Assembly (NCBI RefSeq): GCF_006345805.1
Contig: NC_043013.1
Coordinates: 14,880,001-14,944,000 of the forward strand
From: Octopus sinensis
Taxonomy: Eukaryota
Length of the DNA stretch: 64,000 nt
Reading direction: 5' to 3'
Part shown: piece by piece, positions 53,990 through 64,000 of the stretch
How the letters are laid out: the number at the start of each line of letters is the position of its first letter
How positions within the stretch are numbered: the first letter of the stretch is position 1
Translations under genes and position numbers: made by a program
The notes under the pieces: generated by a model
Told to the model about the DNA's origin: nothing
The model's input: the letters and a program-made list of their open reading frames with translations, nothing else
Databases searched by the model: none

Positions 53990-54630
53990 CCCTTTTGTTA
54001 CCATATTTCTGTTGAGATACTCTGTTTATTTCAGTCAATTATAAATATATTGAAGAATTTCGTAGAATAGCTTTGTTATTATTAAGCTAATGGAATCTTT
54101 TCAGTTTGAACGGCAGTTTTTAACATAATTTCTAGTTAACTAAAAAATTTTAAACTTCGTATACTGGTAGAATGTGTTTATAAAACATCTTTTTCTCTTG
54201 GCTTTATTGAGAAAATTCTATAGGTTGTAAGATATTTGTTGTTTTTTTTCTTCAATTTCTGTAATTTCAACCAATCACTGACATCCATTGAGGTAAAAAA
54301 AAATATTCTGTGCCATATGAATATGTCCCTCGTTTAAGAAACAGATTGGGTTTATTTACATTTTCGAAGCAAAAAAAGATGCCCTTCCCCCCACCCCTAA
54401 CCTTAAAACAGATTGAAATGCAATAGATTGATACTAGGGTCATAATTATGGGTGACAATTTCATGACACCACTAGAAAAAACTGCCGTTCAAACCGAAAA
54501 GATCCAGCTAATGTTAGAAACATAAATTAAGACTAAGTTCTGGTGGAAGATTTTAATTCAGAACTTTTGAAAACAAGACATTTGTACTACTGTGCTGGGG
54601 CCAGTTTCAGCCGGGCTGGTATCAAAACTA
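53990..54630. mobile_element. piggyBac-like MITE interrupted by a Merlin-like MITE
   Basis: TTAA|CCC left end; reverse-complement similarity to 4457-4675 on both sides of the insert. Confidence 0.7.
54093..54505. mobile_element. MITE with 8-bp TSD (Merlin-like)
   Basis: About 30-bp TIRs G(G/A)ATCTTTTC(A/G)GTTTGAACGGCAGTTTTT; AGCTAATG duplicated at 54085-54092 and 54506-54513. Confidence 0.85.
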
Positions 54631-54809
54631 TTAAACAAATATCATCATTATCACCACCCTCATTCATTTTTTTCCACCCACCCTTTAACCTACTCATACG
54701 TGTACATATATTCCTCAACCGCCAGTACCATATCTACCCATCACCACCACCACCACCGCTAATGATGTGACAATTACAGGAATCCTATCCATCTATTTTT
54801 GTTTTACAG

Positions 54810-54899
54810 TTCAACAATCCTTTAATATTGCTGCTTCTTGCATCTGCAGTGGTAAGTGCAGTGATGCGACAGTTTGATGATGCTGTTAGCATCACAATA
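54810..54899 (+). CDS. ATP2C1: ATP2C1 coding exon (TM1-TM2 region)
   Basis: ttttacag/ ... /gtaagt, 90 nt, [30 protein letters not shown]. Confidence 0.95.
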
Positions 54900-54918
54900 G
54901 TAAGTATTTCAACATTTA

Positions 54919-55284
54919 TCTCTATATATATAAACAGCAAAATGTCTGTGTGTGTGTGTCCTTTATACAAGTCCACAATTTTTCAGTTAGAGGGCTCGCA
55001 CTTTCTATGGTCATTCAAAGCCATCCAAGGGTGGTTGTGCACATCTTTACATTTCCCCAATCACTCCGCAAAGCCATTAAAAAATCAATAGAAGTGACAT
55101 TTTTGTGAATTTTCAATCCAAAACCCAATCAATATGCCCGAAACTTGATACGCCAATTGAATGCCAGCTAGCTGTATGTGATTGGTTGGAGATTTGGACA
55201 GTACTCGCGTGTATGTGCGCACATACACAGCTGTATACACACTCACTAGCACTATGACCTGGCATTGCCATGTCATAGTGCTAG
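54919..55284 (+). mobile_element. Non-autonomous Helitron about 19 nt downstream of an ATP2C1 donor site
   Basis: A|TC...GCACTATGAC-CTGGCATTGCCAT-GTCATAGTGC hairpin...CTAG|T, no TSD. Confidence 0.85.
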
Positions 55285-55625
55285 TCTATTATATACATAT
55301 ATTTATTTTATATTGTTGATACACATGAGTGTATCAATAGTAAGTACTACATCATCATCATCATCACCACCATTTAGCATCTGTTTTACATGCTGGCATG
55401 GGTTGGATGGTTTGACACAAGCTGGCAAGACAGAGAGCTGCATCAGGCTCCAATCGTCTATTTTGGCATGTTTTCTAGGGCTGGATGCCTTTCCTGATGC
55501 TAACTACTTTACAGAGTACTGTTCTAATTCCAGGCAGTGCCTTGAATAGATAATAATAAAAATAACATCAGCAAAAATTACGTTAGGAATGAGAACCCAG
55601 GGTTGGGTTCAAAATTCCACCAGGG

Positions 55626-55667
55626 CACCTGATGAAGGCTGGAGAGTAAATCGACCGAAACATTGTG
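55626..55667 (+). ncRNA. Degenerate minimal type I hammerhead motif in an ATP2C1 intron
   Basis: CAC-CUGAUGA-A-GGCUGG..UCGACC-GAAA-CAUU-GUG. Confidence 0.5.
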
Positions 55668-55845
55668 GTAACAACAAACAAGATGAGGACACATCTCCAT
55701 CTAATGTAAATACTTTACAGAGTGTACTGAGTGCTTTTTATGAGGCACAAGCACAGATATTTATATATGCATATGTTTTACTGGTGATATGTGTATGTTG
55801 TATCTTTGTATATAACATTGTTAGTATCACAATTGCCAAGTGTGT

Positions 55846-55876
<31 letters not shown>

Positions 55877-56174
55877 AAATACAAAATAGACAATTATATC
55901 TTGAGATCGCTAGTAATGACATTACTCAAAATATAATACAGACTGGAGTTGTGGTGCTCCAAATGAGCTATATTCCACTTCTTAATCTGAGCAGAGGCAA
56001 TGCGAGCAGTAACTAAAGGAACATTACTAAAACCAGCTGTAGAAACTCTGCCAGATCAAGATTGGAGCCTGGTGCAGCCATCTGGTTTGCCAGCCCTCAG
56101 TCAAATCGTCCAACCCATGCTAGCATGGAAGGCGGACGTTAAACGATGATGATGATGATTTTTCTTATAAAGCG

Positions 56175-56212
<38 letters not shown>

Positions 56213-56464
56213 CATATTCAGGCATTGTTTTACAGCCAGATGCCCTTCCTGTCACTAATGCCTGTTTTTCAAGGAATATATCTCTTTAGATGTCTTCAAA
56301 AGTGCAAAGCAAGCAGACCAAATTAATGTGTTTATTCTTTCTCTCAACATAACTACAATATCTTATGGTTATATTTATTATTTTTATTTCTTTTCATAAA
56401 TGTTAAATTTATTACTTATATCATCTTGACTGCATTACTGACGTATTATGTTTATTATTTCTAG

Positions 56465-56500
56465 GCCATTATTATAGTTGTGACTGTTGGGTTTGTGCAG
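56465..56500 (+). CDS. ATP2C1: ATP2C1 36-nt coding exon
   Basis: ttttctag/ ... /gtaagc, AIIIVVTVGFVQ, in frame with both neighbours. Confidence 0.93.
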
Positions 56501-58020
56501 GTAAGCTCCAGATTTTTACCATGTTTTTCCCCACTTTGCTTCCAGTTTCCATGTTTCACATCTTGCAGTGCCTTCCATGACACCCAGTCTTAGTATAAAG
56601 GTTATAAGATTAAGGTGGTGGTGGGGGGGGGGGGAACTACTGACCTATTGACCTTCATGCCATGGGTTCAAACCATATTTGCTATGACCTTTCTGTTGTG
56701 TTCCATGCTCCAGTGTCATATCTGTGTAGTCTGTAGTACCAGTACAAGCACTACTACCACTACCTCTACCACCACCACCATTACCACCACCACCACCACC
56801 ACCACCACCACTACTACTACTACAACAACAACATCTGCAGAACACTTTTCAGTCATTTGATTCTATTGACATTTAGTCTGAAGTATTTGGGAATTAAGTA
56901 TGGTTGGGCCATTGAACAGTACAATGGCAGCGAGACAATGTTTGAACTGCAGACCTCTCTACTGTGTTTTGCTACTCTCATCACTCGACCACTTGTAACC
57001 TGGAATGAATTTCTGTCATTTTGGGATATCTTGGGAAGATGTTGGGACTCATCATTACGTAATGCTTTCTCATCTGTAGAGACCTGTGAGTCGTGACTTT
57101 CTTGCAGTGCTTATTTACAGCTGCAAGAGCTGTTCTGCTAATGAAAGCTAAGTACCTTTGCCCAGAGACCACAGCTGTACAACTAAGAAACTGGTACTCC
57201 GTTGATTATGATGACGAGAGTTGCAATTGTTCCAATCAACCAAACAACCTACTTGTGAAATTAACGTGCATGTGGCTGAGCACTCCACGAACACATGTGC
57301 CCTTAATGTAGTTATCAGGGAGATTCAGTGTGTCACAGAGTTGACAAAGCTGGCCCTTTGAAATACAAATGAGCAACGTGAAAATAAAGTGTCTTGCTCA
57401 AGGAGATTATGCGTCGGCAAGAATTGAACTCACAATCTTGCAATTGAGAACCGAATACTCTAACCACTCAGCCATGTGCCTTCACACAGCATAACTATTA
57501 TATTGACTAAAGAAATAACTGACCATTGACCCTTTAGTATTTAAATGGGCCATAGTATTCAACTGGTTTTACATTCAAACTTCATGGTCCCTTGGGCAAG
57601 TGTCTTCTACTACAGCCCTGGGCTGACCAATATCTTGTGAATGAATTTTTAGATGTAAACTGTGTAGTCTATGTGTGTGTTATCCCTGTTGCTGCTTAAT
57701 GACTGGTGCTGGTTGGTTTATGTTCCCCTAACTAAGCAGGTCAGCAAAAGAGACTGCTAGAGAAAATAAGTACTGGTGTTGATTTATTCAATTAAACCCT
57801 TCAACATGTTGCTCCAGCATGGCCAAAGTCCAATGATTGAAACAAAGTAAAAAATAAAAGACTTAGCTAGATGTTCTGGTATTGATTTTCTCCATTCCTG
57901 CTATAATGTAGAATAAAGTGAGCTGTTCAAAAAAGCAACCACATACCCCACAACGTATCCCAGATAATCTGCTAAACTTTCTCTTTTTTTCTTTCTTTCA
58001 TTCCCTATCCTGATTCCCAG

Positions 58021-58082
58021 GAGTATCGATCTGAAAAATCTCTGGAAGCTCTTACCAAACTTGTTCCACCAAATTGTCATTG
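58021..58082 (+). CDS. ATP2C1: ATP2C1 coding exon
   Basis: cccag/ ... /gtaagt, 62 nt, EYRSEKSLEALTKLVPPNCH plus a split Cys codon. Confidence 0.95.
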
Positions 58083-59242
58083 GTAAGTTTCTCTGTATCT
58101 TGACTAAGCATTGTCTTTTAGGAGATCGTGGAAAGATTTTAGTCAGCATAACGTAATGCTTTCTCATCTGTTCTGCTAATGAAAGCTAAATATCTTTGTC
58201 CAAGGACCACTGTTGTATAACTACTGTATTGACTATAGAAGTAACTTTTCTAATAAATCTAATATAAAAGTGTGTCTGTTGTGGTGTTTAATGTGTGTTT
58301 TTGTAAGGAAATTTGCAGCATACATCAGAGATGTGAGTGTATGTCTGAGATAATCCACTTTAGTGGTGATTAATATCATCACATGATACTTATATACAGC
58401 TGGGTACATGTGTATACTGAACTAACTAGGTAATTTATACACAACTATTTCAACTGGCTGCATCTATACCATTGCATAATACATCATCATTATCGTTCAA
58501 TGTCTACCTTCCATGCTGGCATGATTTGGACGGTTTGACAGTAGCTGGTCAGGTAGAAGACTACACCAAGCTACTATGTCTGTTCTGGCTTAATATTTTA
58601 CAGCTACCATATTTTCTGGCGGTGGTCAATCAGACACGGACCCACATTTATCAGTAGTGGAACAGCCCATTTCTCACTTGGAGGTGTCCGCCACAAGAGA
58701 ACATAAATTACAACTAAGGTTTCGTGGAAGATTTTAATTCAGAACTTTTAATGTCATCATTTAATGCCTGTTTTCCATGCTGACAAGAGTTAAACAGTTT
58801 GACCAAAGCTGGTAAGCCAGAGAGCTGCACCAGGTTCCAGTTATCTGTTTCGGCTTGGTTTCCATAGCTGGAAACACCAACCACTTTACAGAATGTTTCG
58901 AGTGCTTTTTACATGTTACCAGCATGGGCGATTTCCATGTCACTGGCACAGGTACCTTTTACATGTCACTTAGCACTTCCTTTAGTTTCAATGGTTTTTC
59001 TACAAAAGCTTTCCTCAGTTTTAATGTTTAACCCTACACCTAAGCATTGTCTTGTTCAACTACAAACCCCTTCCTTGGTTTCAGTGTTTAACTCCACTCC
59101 TTCATTATCTTCCTGTCCAACTACAAACTCGCCCCCTATTACTGTTCTTGGTTAACTACAACCTTCTCCCCTTCCGCCTCAGTCTCATCCTACAACATGT
59201 GTCCTATGACTTATCTAACTCTCTTATGTCTAATCATTTCAG

Positions 59243-59351
59243 TCTTCGCAATGGTAACGTAGAGACTTTTTATGCCCGAGATCTTGTGCCTGGCGATGTT
59301 GTCTACCTCAGCATTGGAGACAGGGTACCAGCAGACATCCGTCTTTGTGAG
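59243..59351 (+). CDS. ATP2C1: ATP2C1 coding exon (actuator domain)
   Basis: tttcag/ ... /gtaaaa, 109 nt, (C)LRNGNVETFYARDLVPGDVVYLSIGDRVPADIRLCE with the P-type LVPGD and GDRVPAD motifs. Confidence 0.95.
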
Positions 59352-60658
59352 GTAAAATTACAATTTTTGCTGTTTGTTGAGTTTGCATATGTGTAGAGGA
59401 CAGTCCTCTTGTGGTTGGTTTTATCAAGGTCTTTTAGTTGGAGATTCAGGGGTACACTGTCGGGGGTACCTATTGTACCATTTGGCTATATTTATTTTCC
59501 ATGTCACCACTCATGACAAGTGAACAGGTAAGATGTAGTTTTAGTGAGGTGTGCTAATATCTGTCTGTGGTTGTTTTTGAGGGTGGTAGATGTAGTTGTT
59601 GTAGTATTGTGGTTGTGTGTGTGTGTATATATATGTATGTATGAAAATATATATATGTTTACATATGATTATGCGTGTTTGTGTATGCTTATGCAAGCAT
59701 GTCCAAATGTTCAATCCTTCAGCTTTTAAACCGGCCAAAATATTCTACCTGTTTTGTGTTCAAACCAGCCAGAATTGGGTCTTTCACACCTACCTTATAA
59801 TGTCATTTTAAAAACATGCAATTACACCAAAATCTTGAAGGTACAAGATAATGCCTGATTAATTCAAAGCAATGTCAATAATTAAGAATTATAGGACAAT
59901 TTAATCTAACTGCTAAAGGGTTAAAAAGTTCATTTAGAATCCTGAAGTTTTGAATTCTCTCCAATTGCTTTGCATCTTGGGAGAGCATCTTACACCATAG
60001 ATTTGAGCCAACCAAAGATCTGCGAGTGATTAGACTGATTAAACAAAGACTTTGGTTACCCATTCGTTGGTCATTACCTTCGTTTCAAAGAATCAGCTGA
60101 TACTTCATAAAATTCCATTAAAGATATATGTCTCTGGAATACTCAGCCATGTACACTATATTTCAATGAGTTTGGTTGATTGAACACCTGGATTAGTTAC
60201 CAAAGAAACCAATAGAGATCTATCTTTGTTTTATTTGAACAGCCTCATATTTATCTCTTTTTAGTTTCCACTCCAGTCTCTTCCATCCACTAATATAAAA
60301 TGTAGGGTAGCCATGAATCTCCTCCGCAACAGTGAACCTTTTTCTGTACTTTAACTACTCAACACCTTGCATAAAATGACCATTCAATCTCTTCTAACCT
60401 CCTATTCAGTTGAAAGGGTCTCTTTAGTCTTGCAGCTTACAAGGCAACCTCATTTATGCTGGTGCTACAAAAGAGTACCCAATACACTCTGTAAAGTGGT
60501 TGGTATTAGAAAGGACATCCAACTATAGAACCCATGCCAAAGCTGAGATACTGGAACAAGATATGGTTTTCCAGCCCATTGTATCTTGTCAGAGCATCTA
60601 ACCTAAGCCAGCATGGAAAACAGATATGAAATGATAATGACATATACATGTGTGTGTG

Positions 60659-60887
60659 AAGGCGGCGATCTGGCAGAACTGTTAGCGCGCCGGGCGAAAT
60701 GCGTAGCCGTATTTCGTCTGCCGTTATGTTCTGAGTTCAAATTCTGCCGAGGTCAACTTTGCCTTTCATCCTTTCGGGGTCGATAAATTAAGTACCAGTT
60801 ATGCACTGTGGTCAATGTAATCGACTTAATTCCTTTGTCTGTCCTTGTTTGTCCCCTCTGTTTAGCCCCTTGTGGTTAATAAAGAAA
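60659..60887 (+). mobile_element. SINE family 2 copy (others at about 8216-8610, 14196-14597 (-), 21650-21880, 27868-28100 (-), 39372-39603)
   Basis: Same consensus as 22613. Confidence 0.88.
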
Positions 60888-61545
60888 CATACACGTGTGT
60901 GTGTGTGTGTGTGTGTGTGTGCACCTGCACCCGTGTGTGTGTGTGTGTGTTTAGGTCATACACTGTGGTTCCAATTTAATAATATTTTCAATTAAGTGTT
61001 GAGAAAATTATTTAATTATTGTTCCATGAAAAAATATTCCAACAATAAGTATTTTGTGGAGTACATTTTTTCCGTCAAGCCTGTGGGAAGATCCTGTTTT
61101 CTGGAGTTTGATTTCACCACCTCACACAATTAGAAGTCAAAGAGCCAATGAACTGGCTGCTCAGATTGCTAGAAATGGTAGCAAATATTGATTGAATCAC
61201 ACCATATTGACTTCAGAAAATAAAAAGAGGATATGCTGAATAATGTAGTCATACATATACAAAAGAGATGTCAGGGTCACACCTAGAATAGCTTTGATCA
61301 TAGGTCTGTTTGGTCAGTAACTTGACTAATGTACTAGTGTGTTTAGCTGGCCTTATTCAAGGATTGAAACCTGACCTGATGCACGACAAGAATATGGATC
61401 TTTTTTTTTTTTATTTGAATCTGTGTCCCTGGGGAAAATGTGAAGTCCACAACCTCTCATCTTTCCTAACCTTTGAAATATAAGCTGTTGAGTAATTTCT
61501 CAGATATCTTTTTATCTTTTTTTTCTTTTCTTTTTTTTTTTGCAG

Positions 61546-61701
61546 GCTGTTGACCTTGCAATTGATGAATCTAGCTTTACTGGCGAGACCCAACCCATAG
61601 CCAAAATAACAGCAGCTCAACACAATGAAGGATCAAATGGAGTTTCAAAATTGAAATGTGTAGCTTTCATGGGGACTCTGGTGCGCTGTGGCAATGGCAA
61701 G
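61546..61701 (+). CDS. ATP2C1: ATP2C1 coding exon (actuator domain TGE loop)
   Basis: Long polypyrimidine-TGCAG acceptor and AAG/GTATGT donor, 156 nt, AVDLAIDESSFTGETQPIAK...AFMGTLVRCGNGK. Confidence 0.95.
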
Positions 61702-63126
61702 GTATGTTACTAACTGCATGCATGCATGTGTGTGCATGTGCAAGTATGTGTGTATGCATATCATCATCATCATCATCATTTAACGTCCGCTTTCCATGCT
61801 AGCATGGGTTGGACGATTTGACTGAGGGCTGGTGAACCAGATGGCTGCACCAGGCTCTAGTCTTGATCTGGCAGAGTTTCTACAGCTGGATGCCCTTCCT
61901 AACGCCAACCACTCCGAGGGTGTAGTGGATGCTCTTACGTGCCGTGTGTGTATATATATATATATATATGAGTGTGTGTGTGCATGTATGTGCATGCAAG
62001 TATTTATGTATACATCATCATCATCGTTTAACATTTGCTCTCCATACTCGCATGAGTTGGATGGTTTGATATGGAGCTGGCTAACAGGGAACTGTTCAAA
62101 CTCCAACTGTCTCATCACGCGTAGTTTCTACAGCTGGATGCTCTTCCTAATGCCAACGACTTAATAATATGCTAGGTGTTTTTTACGTGGCACTGGCACA
62201 GGTGTATTTACCCCTCCACCCCGCACAGGTGCTTTTTAAGAGGCACTGGTACTTGAAAGAACAAGCTTCTGTGTATGTGTGTGTGGAAGACAGCGATTTT
62301 ACTTAGCTTGACTTGTTTTATCAAGTACAGAAAATCACCACATCTCCCAGTCTCTTGTCATTTACTCAGTGAGGCCCCAGCATCCGAAGATCCTTTCTCA
62401 CCACTTCGTTCCATGTCTTCCCAGGTGGATGTCTATCTGCACACACACATCAGTTGTTTTATGTTTACTTTCCCATGCTAGCATAGGGTCAGATGAAGTC
62501 TTATTGAGGCAATACTGTACGACCAGATGCTTTTCCCGTCACCAACCCTTACCTGTCTTTCCAAGTAAGGGATTTTTTTTTTATTTTCATTGCACTGGTT
62601 ATCACAAATCAAAAGAGCAAAGACACAGGAAATATTGTTTACAGATGTAAACATGACATCACCATTTTTTACAAATGATGTCCTGTGAAGTCACATGGTA
62701 TATACACATTCATACAGAAATTGCACACACACACGCACACAACCTATTGTTCTCTAGTCTCTTATTGTCCATCTCCTCTCTGAACCTTTCCTCTGGATCC
62801 CTTCCTTTCAAGCCCCTTCTAGTCTAGCCTCTCCTTTCTCTAACCACTTCTAGTCTAGCTCCTTATATAGTCCATTTTTGTCTACTTCCTTTCTAGTCCC
62901 TTCTTTCGACCCTTCTAATTTAGCTCCTTGTGTAGTCCCTTCTATTCTGGTCTTCCCTTCCCACCCATTCTCTAGTTCCTTGCCTAGTCCCTTCTTGTCA
63001 CCTTCCTCTCCGTCTCCCTCCCTATCTAACCCTTTCTTTCATGTTTTTTGTTTCTTTTTTACTTTAACTACTTTACTTCTCAGACATAATTTACTGAACA
63101 AAAGATGTTTTTTTTCACTGTTTTAG

Positions 63127-63195
63127 GGTGTAGTTTTTGGTACTGGAGAGAATTCTGAATTTGGAGAGATTTTTAAAATGATGCAAGAGGAGGAG
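63127..63195 (+). CDS. ATP2C1: ATP2C1 coding exon; gene continues beyond the window
   Basis: ttttag/ ... /gtaagg, 69 nt, [23 protein letters not shown]. Confidence 0.95.
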
Positions 63196-63686
63196 GTAAG
63201 GAAATACAAGTCATTTTTCTTTATTTACCTTAACAAACCCACCCGAGTTACCTGTATTACTGGTGGCCTTTCGTGACTGCTTGTCTTAACGTATCTGTCA
63301 AAGTCACTGGTACTATAAATGGTCTTTTTATGACTGTCTTAGCATACTTGTAAAAGTCACCTGTACTATTACTGTTTTTCTTTTTTTTTTCATGCCTGTT
63401 TGTCTTAGCATACCTGTAAAAGTCACCTGTTGAATCATTATGTCAAGTTAGTGATCTTGTGTATTTGTCTGTCTGTTTATCAATGTGGAATCTGTGGTCT
63501 TTCAAGTTTCTGTGTGTAGCATGACGAGTGAAGCTCCAGTCCATAAACCAGGTTTGGACTTTTGGCAGAGTATAGCAGTTCTCATAAACACATTTTATAT
63601 AACATTAGAATATTTGATATTGTAATACGAACACGCAAGGGGCAGACGGACACAGACAGACAGATATAGGCATATATAAAGTATAT

Positions 63687-63898
63687 AAAAATGTGACCAC
63701 GTGTGTACCGTTGGGGATTTTTTTTTTTTTTTCCTCCGTCTTCCCTTCTCTGGATCTTTCCTTTTCCTATGTTTCTGATGAAGAGCTCCGCTCGAAACGT
63801 TAAGCCCTCCTCCTTCCCTTCCTTCCTGAGCGTCCAATACTACTGTATTTGTTCCACGTCCTCACGTTGTTGTGTTTTCATGTTTGGATTAACTTTAT
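63687..63898 (+). mobile_element. Short (TA)n-flanked Penelope-like element with hammerhead
   Basis: Family partner of 17291-17502; contains the motif at 63771. Confidence 0.65.
63771..63805 (+). ncRNA. Minimal type I hammerhead motif in an ATP2C1 intron
   Basis: GUUU-CUGAUGA-A-GAGC-UCC-GCUC-GAAA-CGUU-AAGC. Confidence 0.65.
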
Positions 63899-64000
63899 AA
63901 CTATATATATATATATATATATTAACTATTTCCTTGCTACGCATATACAAATTAATTCATCTTCACCTGGTCTCCCACGTATCTTATTAATGCTTATCTC

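Overview
AT-rich, microsatellite-dense animal genomic DNA; the SINE/RTE repertoire and (TA)n/(CA)n/(GAT)n load suggest an octopus or other coleoid cephalopod (inference). The only host gene I can support is the 5' part of a secretory-pathway Ca2+/Mn2+ P-type ATPase (ATP2C1/SPCA1) on the + strand. It has seven clear GT-AG coding exons between 52483 and 63195, a probable first coding exon at 35266-35346, and continues past the window end. The rest is mostly mobile DNA: two tRNA-derived SINE families, many 5'-truncated RTE LINEs with (GAT)n tails, an L1/Tx1 remnant, mariner, maT (DD37D) and Tigger remnants, piggyBac-, Merlin-, Tc1- and Tc2-like MITEs, and short Helitrons. The most notable signal is RNA structure. 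Short Penelope-like elements next to (TA)n carry about ten minimal type I hammerhead-like motifs. Three sequence-divergent versions (four copies) of a hammerhead also have their three core strands in non-circularly permuted order, with an extra covarying helix. The main RTE family has a PHD-type zinc finger inserted in its reverse transcriptase and a tandem array of compact H-type pseudoknot-like units in its 3' UTR. All calls were made by eye, repeat boundaries are approximate, and no alignment, folding or database search was run.
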